Below the pieces are notes generated by a model. It ran no database searches. It was given only the letters and a program-made list of their open reading frames with translations, and had not been told where the DNA came from. The position numbers and the translations under genes are program-made. A stretch of DNA of 49,624 nt from Verrucomicrobiota bacterium (GTDB lineage Bacteria; Verrucomicrobiota; Verrucomicrobiia; Opitutales; Seribacteraceae): assembly GCA_027622665.1 (NCBI GenBank), contig JAQBYT010000033.1:1-49624 (forward strand). Reading direction: 5' to 3'. Position 1 is the stretch's first letter; each line of letters starts with the position of its first letter. Positions 1 through 8,262 of the stretch are shown one piece after another.

Positions 1-1345
1 GAAGGTTGGTATAACATTTCTCCAAACCGTGTGTGGAGTGCCTCGCCATTCTGGTCCAAACGTCTTTCACTTCAGCCCAAATCGGGGCAAAAACCTTCGA
101 TATTACGCTATTGGGAATTAACCTCTGCCAATACAAATAATATTCGTCAACATATTGTTTGAAGTTTTTCGCAGTTGCACCGCGATAGTATCTCCACGGA
201 TAGCCTCCAAATAACTCGTCTCCTCCTGATCCAGAAAGCACAACTTTTACAAATTTACTTGCAAGCTTAGCAGCATAAAAATTAGGATAACTTTGCCCTA
301 CTCGTGGTTCTTCCAAGTGCCACGCAAGTTTCGGCAAACAGCGCTCCATATCGCCTGCTTTAAGAACCATTTCGTAATGTTCTGTCTTAAATTTTGCCGA
401 CATTGCTTCGGCTTTTGTTCTTTCATCAAAAGCAAGTTCAATCCCCGATGCTGAACTAAGATCAAATCCACAAGTGAATGTTTTTAGATATGGAAACTTT
501 TTTGCAGCTAGAGCTGTTATAGAGCCTGAATCCATACCACCACTAAGATAAGAACCAAGCTCAACATCGCAGACTAATTGTCGTGCAACTGCTTGCTGAA
601 ACAAGCGATCTAACTCCTCAATGTACTCTTTTTTGTCAACCGGGCGGTCGGGTTCTTTGAAATGATAATCCCAATATTGGGTAAATTCCAAACCCTTGTT
701 ACTTTTTTGGAGATCAAGTGTCGCATAATGACCAGGTTGTAACAGATGAATTCCTTTCAAAAGAGTTTGATCTGTAAAGATATTTTGAAAGGTGAAATAC
801 TCGAGCAGTGCCTTCTTGTTAATTACTCGGTCAAATGAAGGCTGTTCTAAAATAGCTTTTTGTTCAGAACCAAACACAATTTTTTTATTATTTTGATAAT
901 AATAAAGAGGCTTGATTCCGTAGCGGTCACGAGCCAATAACAGTTTTTTCTCTTTACGGTCCCAAAAGGCTAAAGCAAACATTCCATTAAATTTAAGTAA
1001 AGCATCACTACCCCACTCTGACAACGCATGCAACACTACCTCAGAATCTGTTTGTGAACAAAACCAATACCCTTTAGCCTCTAATTCAGCTCGCAATTCT
1101 TTGAAATTATAAATCTCACCATTGTAGGTTAAAACATATCGATGATCTGAAGAAATCATAGGTTGATGCCCAGCAGGCGAAGGATCAATAATTGATAAGC
1201 GACGATGGCCCAAGCCAACATTTCCCTCGACCCAGTGTCCTTCTCCATCGGGGCCACGATGCTTGATGACATCGGTCATTTTCTGTAGCATGGACATAGA
1301 AACTGGTCTTTGATCAAAGTTTAATTGTCCTACTATGCCACACAT
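1..1345 (-). CDS. asnB: Asparagine synthase (glutamine-hydrolysing) family amidotransferase, partial (runs off left edge); probably a sugar amidotransferase
   Basis: Not in ORF track. Manual translation from ATG at 1345: MCGIVGQLNF...HRGPDGEG...GLGHRRLSIID...GHQPM; later LSGGMDS and SGSGGDELFGGY motifs. Confidence 0.93.
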   Translation of the reverse strand, partial: MCGIVGQLNFDQRPVSMSMLQKMTDVIKHRGPDGEGHWVEGNVGLGHRRLSIIDPSPAGHQPMISSDHRYVLTYNGEIYNFKELRAELEAKGYWFCSQTDSEVVLHALSEWGSDALLKFNGMFALAFWDRKEKKLLLARDRYGIKPLYYYQNNKKIVFGSEQKAILEQPSFDRVINKKALLEYFTFQNIFTDQTLLKGIHLLQPGHYATLDLQKSNKGLEFTQYWDYHFKEPDRPVDKKEYIEELDRLFQQAVARQLVCDVELGSYLSGGMDSGSITALAAKKFPYLKTFTCGFDLSSASGIELAFDERTKAEAMSAKFKTEHYEMVLKAGDMERCLPKLAWHLEEPRVGQSYPNFYAAKLASKFVKVVLSGSGGDELFGGYPWRYYRGATAKNFKQYVDEYYLYWQRLIPNSVISKVFAPIWAEVKDVWTRMARHSTHGLEKCYTNL

Positions 1346-1359
1346 ATTAAATTTATCGA

Positions 1360-2331
1360 TTAAACAGGATTTTTTTCTCGCCAGTCAATCAACCTTTGGA
1401 GACCGGTTCGTAAATCGTATCTATAATTGAAGCCTAAATCTTCTGAAGCTTTTTCAGGACAGCCTATACGATTCTGCACAAGTCTTCGAGCATCGTCTGC
1501 GTTGTATGGATTAAAGGTGACTACTAATTCAGACTCTTTCAAATCTAAGATAGAATCGCATAATTCTTTGATACTCGTTTGCACACCTGTACCCACATTA
1601 TAAAATTCATCAACAGCATCAGATTCTAAAGAGCAAATATTACAGCGAGCAACATCTTCGACATCAATGAAATCATACGCCTGAGTGCCATCTCCATTAA
1701 TGGTCGGCGCTTCATTTGCATCAATTTTATTAAGCATGATCGGAATTACACCTGTATATGCAGCAGTTTGATCCTGATGGGGTCCATAAACATTCATATA
1801 TCTGAGTCCGACATAACTTAAACCGTATCGATCATAGTATGCTCTGCACATAGCCTCACCAGCAATCTTAGTCGCTCCATAGAAATTCTTGTTATTAAAG
1901 GGATGTTCCTCAGTCATCGGAACTTGAGAGGCATCCCCATAAACCGAGGCAGATGATGAATAAACCAAGCGCTTGACGTTGTTTTTTACACACGCTTCCA
2001 GAACGTTGAACGTTCCCTCAATGTTCACATGGAAAGCGGTGCGGGGAAAGTCCTTGCAATGCAGAAGCCACATAGCGGCTAAGTGGATAACTCCGTCGCA
2101 ATCCTGCATGGCATCGTTCAAGATATCGATGTCTCGTACATCTCCACCATTAGGATAAACCTCGCAACGAGGGTCATTCAGGCTTTCCTCGACGTTACTC
2201 TTCTTTCCACGGGCAAAGTTATCGTAAATGACAACTTTGCCGACTTCGGTCTTGAGCAATTCGGACACGACAAAGCTACCAATGAAACCAGCTCCACCGA
2301 TGACGAGAATTTTAGAATCTTTAACTTTCAT
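1360..2331 (-). CDS. NAD-dependent epimerase/dehydratase (extended SDR)
   Basis: GGAGFIGS Rossmann motif, SSSASVYG, catalytic YGATK, RYMNVYGP. Confidence 0.93.
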   Translation of the reverse strand: MKVKDSKILVIGGAGFIGSFVVSELLKTEVGKVVIYDNFARGKKSNVEESLNDPRCEVYPNGGDVRDIDILNDAMQDCDGVIHLAAMWLLHCKDFPRTAFHVNIEGTFNVLEACVKNNVKRLVYSSSASVYGDASQVPMTEEHPFNNKNFYGATKIAGEAMCRAYYDRYGLSYVGLRYMNVYGPHQDQTAAYTGVIPIMLNKIDANEAPTINGDGTQAYDFIDVEDVARCNICSLESDAVDEFYNVGTGVQTSIKELCDSILDLKESELVVTFNPYNADDARRLVQNRIGCPEKASEDLGFNYRYDLRTGLQRLIDWREKNPV

Positions 2332-2337
2332 AATGAT

Positions 2338-2739
2338 TTATTTAAAATTGCCCCGAAGACCTTCGATCACCCTGTCCTTATCACTGCTGGAAAGGTAAGG
2401 GCTCATGGGAAGGTTCTGGCAGCGACTCGCAATTTTTTCGGTAACGGGAAAGTCGCCTTGCTTGTATCCCAACTGTGAAAAAACGGGTTGGAGATTGAGG
2501 GGCACAGTGTAGTAGGAGACGGAAGGAATGCCCCTAGAGTTCAAGTTTGCCAGAATCGTTTCACGATAATCGGTCAAGTATCGTATATTGAGCAAACACG
2601 GAAGTGTAATCAGGCCCGAGGTTTGGAACTGCTAAGCCCTCAGCATCAGAGAGTACTGATGAAACTCGATTACCGAATTCCTGCCGCTTGGTCACCTCTT
2701 ATGTGGGAAAGACTTCAAAGATGGCGAGCAAATTGTAGC
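2338..2739 (-). pseudogene. Degenerate 3' fragment of a DegT/WbpE aminotransferase (about residues 234-362 of the intact gene at 5848-6936)
   Basis: Reads LLAIFEVFPT*EVTKRQEFGNRVSSVLSDAEGLAVPNLGPDYTSVFAQYTIL, then a +1 frameshift near 2576 into TDYRETIL...PSVSYYTVPLNLQPVF...LPMSPYLS. In-frame TAA at 2699-2701; no 5' part. Confidence 0.9.
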
Positions 2740-2782
2740 TTTTTATAAATAACTTAGAACTTAATAGATTTATAAGCCGAAA

Positions 2783-3169
2783 CTACAGGTTTTCAAGAAC
2801 ACTTTTTATGCGATGGGCATAATTGGGAATCCGAGTGGCGATGGAAGTGGCTAATTCCTCGATATAGGTATGACTTGTAAGATTGCGGTCATCCAGCATT
2901 TGCAGGAATTCTTTGGATGTTTCCTCGTCATACAACTTGGCTTGTAGTCCCATTCGCATCACTTCTCTCGGACTATTGGCTAATAAATTATGCTCGGTTT
3001 GCAGGTAATGCTTCAAATACTTCCAAAAGGCTTCGGTGGTGTATTCAAATCTTTGAACCATAGCATCTCTTACGATGACATCACTAGAATCATCCGATAA
3101 TTTGACCACTAATTCCAGCAAACTCGACAAGGCACGGTTGGTTTGGTCACGCTTTACTTTGATGTCCAT
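2783..3169 (-). CDS. HEPN-domain toxin, HI0074-like nucleotidyltransferase substrate-binding family
   Basis: RDAMVQRFEYT..FWK, NSPREV and RNLTSHTY (Rx4HxY); overlaps the upstream MNT gene. Confidence 0.9.
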   Translation of the reverse strand: MDIKVKRDQTNRALSSLLELVVKLSDDSSDVIVRDAMVQRFEYTTEAFWKYLKHYLQTEHNLLANSPREVMRMGLQAKLYDEETSKEFLQMLDDRNLTSHTYIEELATSIATRIPNYAHRIKSVLENL

Positions 3170-3477
3170 AGAAGAATTTTTTCGTGTTCAATTTGAGTCA
3201 AGAGTGCTGCGTTAATGTCCTTCATATTCACGAGATCAAGCTGTACGGGTACTGTGGAGTATTCCCACTGTTCGCGTATGAGAGATAGGTCGGTAGAGTT
3301 GATGTCCTGGCCATTGATGGCAAGATCGGCGTCGGATCCCTCATCTTCATCCCCACGGGCACGCGAACCGAATAAAAAAACTTCAAAGGATTTCTGCGGA
3401 ACGGCTTTTGAAAAGACTTCTGTAATTTCGTCTTGGTAATTGGCGAGAGTGCCTGGAAATTTAGTAAGGGTGGTCAA
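3154..3477 (-). CDS. Minimal nucleotidyltransferase (MNT) antitoxin
   Basis: LFGSRARGDEDEGSDADL (GSx10DxD) and LDLV. Probable TTG start at 3477, just after the upstream stop; the ORF-track start at 3519 overlaps the neighbour. Confidence 0.88.
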   Translation of the reverse strand: MTTLTKFPGTLANYQDEITEVFSKAVPQKSFEVFLFGSRARGDEDEGSDADLAINGQDINSTDLSLIREQWEYSTVPVQLDLVNMKDINAALLTQIEHEKILLWTSK

Positions 3478-3481
3478 ATCA

Positions 3482-3814
3482 CTAGAAATCTTGGATTTTC
3501 TTGAGTAGCATAGGAACATGATTGGCGGCTAGATCCCACAATATAACATCATCGATTAAATCATAGCCATGTGCCATCAAATTTCTAAAACCAATAATTT
3601 TTCTGTATTCTGGAATTTTGGAATTTAGTCTTTCAATATCTATTCGTTCTATTCTGATCAGAGCTTCCCCAATAATTTCGCACTCTCTTTCTAGCGCAAG
3701 TTGCAACATCCTATCCGAACGCAAATATTCCAGACCTTTAGACTGACAAAACTCAATTATTTCTTCACATGAAATTCGAATGTCTAACAATAATTTATCC
3801 AGTCTATGCGGCAT
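3482..3814 (-). CDS. HepT-like HEPN ribonuclease toxin (DUF86)
   Basis: EIIGEA, IIGFRNLMAHGY (Rx4HxY), IDDVILWD. Confidence 0.92.
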   Translation of the reverse strand: MPHRLDKLLLDIRISCEEIIEFCQSKGLEYLRSDRMLQLALERECEIIGEALIRIERIDIERLNSKIPEYRKIIGFRNLMAHGYDLIDDVILWDLAANHVPMLLKKIQDF

Positions 3815-4112
3815 AAATCTGAACTTTGGAGGAATCGATTTCTGATTTTAAAATTTTATTACGAATTGTCTTTCGCGAAATCAAATCTACCCGTCGTTGA
3901 AACAGGTCTTCCATATCCGCTTTGAAATTCATGAACTGATCAAATGAACCGTGAAAATCTTTTCTTTCAAAATCTACAACTAAATCGATATCACTTTGGT
4001 CGGAGAAATTTTCAGTTAAGACTGAACCAAAAACATAAACTGCATTCACTCGATAATTCTTACAGATTTCTTTAATCTCATCTACTTTGTGGTTAATGAA
4101 ATCAGGAATCAC
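3804..4112 (-). CDS. MNT nucleotidyltransferase antitoxin
   Basis: VYVFGSVLTENFSDQSDIDL (GSx10DxD), RRVDLI; GTG start; overlaps the DUF86 gene. Confidence 0.92.
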   Translation of the reverse strand: MIPDFINHKVDEIKEICKNYRVNAVYVFGSVLTENFSDQSDIDLVVDFERKDFHGSFDQFMNFKADMEDLFQRRVDLISRKTIRNKILKSEIDSSKVQIYAA

Positions 4113-4148
4113 AAGTTAACCATTCTTTAAATAAGTCTTGGATCAAGA

Positions 4149-4283
4149 AGATGTATATAGATTTCCGATTTCTTGGCGCCTAATCACTTCTTCGGGAAAG
4201 ACTTCGAAGATCGCAAGGAGGATGGCCGCTTGCAAGGTGTCCATTCTTCCATTGATTCCCAGGATGGGGTGGTGATTCTTGCG
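4149..4283 (-). pseudogene. Internal fragment of a DegT/WbpE aminotransferase (residues 216-260 equivalent)
   Basis: Translates RKNHHPILGINGRMDTLQAAILLAIFEVFPEEVIRRQEIGNLYTS versus intact RKHHHPILGLNGRMDTLQAAILLAIFDVFPEEVTKRQEIGNRYSS (38/45 identical by hand count). No start codon context. Confidence 0.92.
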
Positions 4284-4294
4284 GAAGACTGGTT

Positions 4295-4705
4295 TCACCT
4301 AAATTGATCAACAAGCAATATGAATTGGGACAAATCCTGCATATCGCTTTCGAGATTATCCCAAACAAGTTGCCAATCGATTTTATCATAAGCATGAACA
4401 GATAAGTTTCTAAATCCAACGGCGCGTCTAAAATTTCGGGCAAGTTCTAGAGGAATCATTTCCCTTTCTGACAATCGTTCAAAACTTTCCGCCATGGACA
4501 TTGACGGAGGACAATCCAAGGAGGCAAGAATATGATTGGCAATATCCACGCAGAGTTGAATTGATCTTTCAATATTTAAAGCGAGGATATCTTGGGTATC
4601 TATGTCGGATAGTAATTGATCCAAACTTTCAGGTTTCTTGGAATTAATTCGATCCAAGCATCTGCGTAGACTTTCGAGTTTTGATTTGATAACAACTGAA
4701 TTCAT
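4295..4705 (-). CDS. hepT: HepT-like HEPN ribonuclease toxin (DUF86, long subtype)
   Basis: ERSIQLCVDIANH, AVGFRNLSVHAYDKIDW (Rx4HxY); ATGA overlap with the upstream MNT. Confidence 0.9.
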   Translation of the reverse strand: MNSVVIKSKLESLRRCLDRINSKKPESLDQLLSDIDTQDILALNIERSIQLCVDIANHILASLDCPPSMSMAESFERLSEREMIPLELARNFRRAVGFRNLSVHAYDKIDWQLVWDNLESDMQDLSQFILLVDQFR

Positions 4706-5124
4706 TTCGAGATTAGTTTTATCCTATTTTTAGCCAACCAGCGTTTTCTTCTCTGATCGACCATCTTTTCCCATGCAGGCGCAAAGTCTGTTCTCCAGTC
4801 CATTAAGCGTATGTAGAGTTCACCAAGCAAATGATCATGTCGTTCAAAAATTTTCTGCCCATTGCAAAGAATTTCTTGGAGAATGGGTCCGTCTGCATTC
4901 GAGAGATCAACCAAATCGATGGTAGTGGGAAGAATTTCGGTCAATTCATCCATGCATTCGCGAACAAAGTCTGTCGTCCATGCACATGATCTCCAAATCG
5001 CAAGATCGAGATCGCTATCTGGCCGGTTTCTCTCATGAGCACGTGAACCGAAAACAACAACCAAGTCGATATCATCCCTCGATTTACTCCACTCTATGAG
5101 TTTGTTTCGAAGTTCTTGGTTCAT
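4702..5124 (-). CDS. mntA: MntA-like adenylyltransferase antitoxin
   Basis: VVFGSRAHERNRPDSDLDLAI (GSx10DxD), IDLVDL. ATG at 5124 or TTG at 5133. Confidence 0.9.
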   Translation of the reverse strand: MNQELRNKLIEWSKSRDDIDLVVVFGSRAHERNRPDSDLDLAIWRSCAWTTDFVRECMDELTEILPTTIDLVDLSNADGPILQEILCNGQKIFERHDHLLGELYIRLMDWRTDFAPAWEKMVDQRRKRWLAKNRIKLISK

Positions 5125-5265
5125 TGGTGACAATTGAAATGGAATCTCTTACCTATGAGTTCGAAGATTTTGAAAACAATTGGAGATAAATCCCGACAAT
5201 TGCTCAAAGAATATACGATTAGTAATGCTTTTATTATCTAACATTGGCTGAAACTATTGTGAGAT

Positions 5266-5527
5266 TTAAAAAAGATCGGAGTGCGAACCAGTTCGAGCAA
5301 GTAGTAAGTAAGATTTGTGAACTTTATAAATTAATCCAATCAGGTTCCAAATGAGCGTCCATGTATCCGTTCCGATTTCCCTTGAGAGGACGAACCTTGT
5401 ATTTTGCTTTGTAATCAAGTGAGTTGTGTAAGATGAAGATGAACTTTTTTAACTTAGTTAAACCTTTTCCTCGCTTCTGCATCCTTTTGACATCTCTTTT
5501 GAGGAGGTTTATCTGTACTAATTTCAT
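5266..5527 (-). pseudogene. yafQ: YafQ-family mRNA interferase toxin, frameshifted
   Basis: KRDVKRMQKRGK...PLKGN..GYMDAHLEPDWI, then a frameshift near 5332; the shifted frame gives IYKVHKSYLLLARTGSHSDLF*, the typical YafQ C-terminus. Confidence 0.88.
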
Positions 5528-5784
5528 TCATCTTTCCAACTTTCAAAAAGTTCTTCCAATGAATCAAAAGATTCTAATTTCTCTCCTTTTTCAGCTTTTT
5601 CAATGGTCTCAGTCGTCAATTTGTTTGGAACTCGCAATTCAAGGGGAAATTTCTTTCGCAAAGAAATTTGCCGATAAAGTAAACGGACGGCATCGCTTGG
5701 CTTCATGCCTATACTTCTGAGAACCTCTTCCGTACTCGCTTTAGTTTCTTCGTCAATTCCGGCATGGATGGTACAGGTTTTCAT
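5524..5784 (-). CDS. dinJ: RelB/DinJ-family antitoxin
   Basis: IDEETK...IGMKPSDAVRLLYRQI..FPLEL.VPN..T..TIE...FDSLEELF; ATGA-coupled to yafQ. Confidence 0.88.
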   Translation of the reverse strand: MKTCTIHAGIDEETKASTEEVLRSIGMKPSDAVRLLYRQISLRKKFPLELRVPNKLTTETIEKAEKGEKLESFDSLEELFESWKDE

Positions 5785-5847
5785 AAGCAGAATGCATCAC
5801 AAATGCCACACATTGCAAATTTTTTGTTATGCATGTAATCGTCTAAC

Positions 5848-6936
5848 TCATTCGAGAATTCCGTGAATAACCTTATTCTGATCTTCTGAGCTCATGTAAG
5901 GACTCATGGGTAGACTCAAACATTGATTGGCGATTCGTTCACTAATGGGGAAGTCACCTGCTTTATATCCTAAGTCCTTAAAGACTGGTTGTAGATGTAA
6001 AGGGACTGAATAATAGGAGACGGAAGGTATATCTTTGTCTTTGAGTGAGCTTTGGATGCTTTCTCTTTGTTCGCTCAGAATGGTGTATTGGGCATAAACA
6101 GAGGTGTTTTCTACCGCGATGGTCGGCGTTTGCAATCCGGAGGCTTCGGACAAGACAGAGGAGTAACGATTCCCAATTTCCTGACGCTTGGTCACTTCTT
6201 CGGGAAAAACATCGAAGATGGCCAGAAGGATGGCGGCTTGCAGGGTATCCATACGTCCATTTAGTCCAAGGATAGGGTGGTGGTGCTTGCGTTCCTGACC
6301 GTGCACTCGAATCCAGCGAAATTTCTCGGCAAGTTCATCGTCATTCGTAAAGAGAGCTCCGGCATCGCCGTAGCAACCCAAGGGCTTGGATGGGAAAAAT
6401 GATGTACTTCCAATGGTCGAGAGGTTGCCAGATTTTCTTCCTTTGTAGGTCGCTCCGAAACTTTGTGCGGCGTCCTCAATCACGGGCAAATTGAACTTCT
6501 TGGCTATCGCATTAATTGCTTCCATGTTCGGGGTTTGTCCGTAAATCGAAACTGGCATTATTGCCTTGGTCTTTTCAGTTATTGCAACTTCAAGCAGAGT
6601 CTCGTCCATGTTCCAAGTGTCTGAACGAACATCAACGAAGACGGGTTTTGCACCAAGCAAGGCAATAACCTCGGCGGAAGATATCCAAGTATATGGAACT
6701 GTGATGACTTCATCGCCGAGACCGACACCCAAAGCCATCAGTGCGATAAGCAAGGAATCTGTTCCGCTGGACACGGAGATGCAATGCTTTACTCCAACGT
6801 AATGGGAAAGTTTTTCCTCAAGTTCCCTAACCTCCGGCCCGAGAATGAATTGCCCGTGATCCATGACTGCTTGGATTCGTGCATCGATCTGATCCTTTAT
6901 TAGAAGGTGGCGAGATTTTAGATCAATAAATTGCAT
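5848..6936 (-). CDS. DegT/DnrJ/EryC1/StrS PLP-dependent aminotransferase (WbpE-like)
   Basis: MQFIDLK, GTDSL, EDAAQSFGA, SFFPSKPLGCYGD (PLP lysine), LSLPMSPY. Confidence 0.96.
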   Translation of the reverse strand: MQFIDLKSRHLLIKDQIDARIQAVMDHGQFILGPEVRELEEKLSHYVGVKHCISVSSGTDSLLIALMALGVGLGDEVITVPYTWISSAEVIALLGAKPVFVDVRSDTWNMDETLLEVAITEKTKAIMPVSIYGQTPNMEAINAIAKKFNLPVIEDAAQSFGATYKGRKSGNLSTIGSTSFFPSKPLGCYGDAGALFTNDDELAEKFRWIRVHGQERKHHHPILGLNGRMDTLQAAILLAIFDVFPEEVTKRQEIGNRYSSVLSEASGLQTPTIAVENTSVYAQYTILSEQRESIQSSLKDKDIPSVSYYSVPLHLQPVFKDLGYKAGDFPISERIANQCLSLPMSPYMSSEDQNKVIHGILE

Positions 6937-6950
6937 AAGGGAAATTTAAT

Positions 6951-6983
6951 GGTTTTTCTCACGGGGACACGAAGCTCACGAAG
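6951..6983 (+). repeat. Short periodic repeat, copy 1 (CACGnnG units spaced 8-9 nt)
   Basis: ggtttttctcacggggacacgaagctcacgaag; aligns with 8232-8262. Confidence 0.55.
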
Positions 6984-7023
6984 GGATGGAGGTTCAAAGT
7001 TACTAGCAAGGGGCATCTAATTA

Positions 7024-8172
7024 CTATGCATGAAGTCGAGATAACATAGAAGAGAGGGATACGACCTCAATTTTGTCGTCCAGTGAGTAATCATCGGATC
7101 CCGGGTATATGACGAAGAGTTGGTCGAGAGATAAATCAGATATGGCGACTCGCATGGAGCGAGTGGTGGAAGGAGCATCCGAATATTTTATTTCTATGCC
7201 AATACGTTTTCCGTTTAATAGAAGAAAGAGATCTAGTTCCGCCCCAGCATGAGTTCCCCAAAAATAGGCCTGCGTAGATCCGGTAACGGACAACACCTGT
7301 TCAATACAAAATCCTTCCCATGAAGATCCAATTTTGGGGTGTCCTTCCAGTTGTTCCCATGAGGCGAGATCCAAGAGAGCATGAAGCAATCCGGTATCCC
7401 GCAAGTATACTTTGGGGGATTTAATGGTACGTTTTCCAATGTTTTCAAACCATGCGGGCAGTTGGCGCACTGCAAAGGCACCCGTGAGGACATCAAGCTT
7501 TCTTCTGATCAATGCCTCTGATACGCCAAAGGATTTGGCAAGTTCCGATGCGTTCCATGTTTGACCATGATAATGAGCCAACATCATCCAAAACCTTCTC
7601 ATGGCAGTGGCAGCAATCGTTACCCCTAGTTGAGGGAGATCACGCTCCAGAAAAAGGGTGATGAAATCTTGGCGCCATTTAAAGCTCTCTTGGTCTCCTT
7701 TGGACAAAAAGGAAGGAGGTAATCCACCCGTTAACCAGAGAGAGCGCATTTTTTCAGAACCAACCTCGACGAGGTTAAAACCATCCATTTCAAGTAAGGC
7801 AACACGTCCTGCCAAAGATTCAGAAATTTCTTTAATTAGGACTGGCGAGGCACTGCCCAAGATAAGAAAGCGAGCTGGCTTTTCCGGACGATCTGCAAGA
7901 ACTCTTAAAATGGGAAAAACGCTTGGGAATCGTTGTACCTCGTCAATCACAACTAGACCATGCAAGTTTTCCAATGCCGTCATGGGTTCTGCAAACCGAG
8001 AAAGGGAACGAGGATCCTCCAAATCAAAATGAACACTTTGTTCACCGCAAGTGCTGGCGTACTCTTTGGCCAAGGTTGTTTTTCCGGACTGCCTAAGACC
8101 AGTGATCGATACTATGGATGCACGGGCAAATCCTTGTTCGATTTTTTTGAGTTTATCTGGACGATGGATCAT
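7024..8172 (-). CDS. AAA+ ATPase with DUF4143 and C-terminal PD-(D/E)xK-like motif
   Basis: Walker A GLRQSGKTT, Walker B VIDEVQ, ILGSAS, ESLAGR, KSPKVYLRDTGL, ELDL...GIEIK. Confidence 0.92.
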   Translation of the reverse strand: MIHRPDKLKKIEQGFARASIVSITGLRQSGKTTLAKEYASTCGEQSVHFDLEDPRSLSRFAEPMTALENLHGLVVIDEVQRFPSVFPILRVLADRPEKPARFLILGSASPVLIKEISESLAGRVALLEMDGFNLVEVGSEKMRSLWLTGGLPPSFLSKGDQESFKWRQDFITLFLERDLPQLGVTIAATAMRRFWMMLAHYHGQTWNASELAKSFGVSEALIRRKLDVLTGAFAVRQLPAWFENIGKRTIKSPKVYLRDTGLLHALLDLASWEQLEGHPKIGSSWEGFCIEQVLSVTGSTQAYFWGTHAGAELDLFLLLNGKRIGIEIKYSDAPSTTRSMRVAISDLSLDQLFVIYPGSDDYSLDDKIEVVSLSSMLSRLHA

Positions 8173-8231
8173 ACTTTCCTTGAATTCACTTCCTTATTGA
8201 TAAGATTTTCTAGGATTAACGCCGAGGGAAA

Positions 8232-8262
8232 GGTTTCGCACGGAGGCACGAAGAACGCCGAG
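8232..8262 (+). repeat. Short periodic repeat, copy 2
   Basis: ggtttcgcacggaggcacgaagaacgccgag; AACGCCGAG also at 8218-8226; neighbouring tandem GGGAGAATAATT/GGGGAATAATT at 8276-8300. Confidence 0.55.

Larger units (their letters stand above)
2338..5847 (-). other. Toxin-antitoxin stack (3 HEPN-MNT pairs plus dinJ/yafQ) interleaved with DegT gene fragments
   Basis: Eight TA-type genes, co-oriented, between the intact DegT gene and a degenerate DegT 3' copy, with a second DegT fragment at 4149-4283. Confidence 0.8.

Noticed and set aside
2699..2701. Stop-codon recoding in the DegT fragment
   Set aside because: The stop is TAA, and the fragment also has a frameshift and no 5' end, so decay is the simpler explanation.
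4180..4443. 87-aa ORF in the track
   Set aside because: Alternative frame overlapping hepT and the DegT fragment; no recognisable motif.
5149..5244. MLDNKSI... micro-ORF resembling the start of PseB-type dehydratases
   Set aside because: Similarity ends after about 7-9 residues and there is no GGTGSFG motif; could be chance.
5236..5847. Integron attC cores: GTTAGAC (5847-5841) and GTTAGAT (5242-5236) bracket dinJ-yafQ on the minus strand
   Set aside because: The only inverse-core-like site (ATCTCAC, 5265-5259) is about 16 nt from the core, too short for attC. Other TA junctions lack cores. IntegronFinder would settle it.
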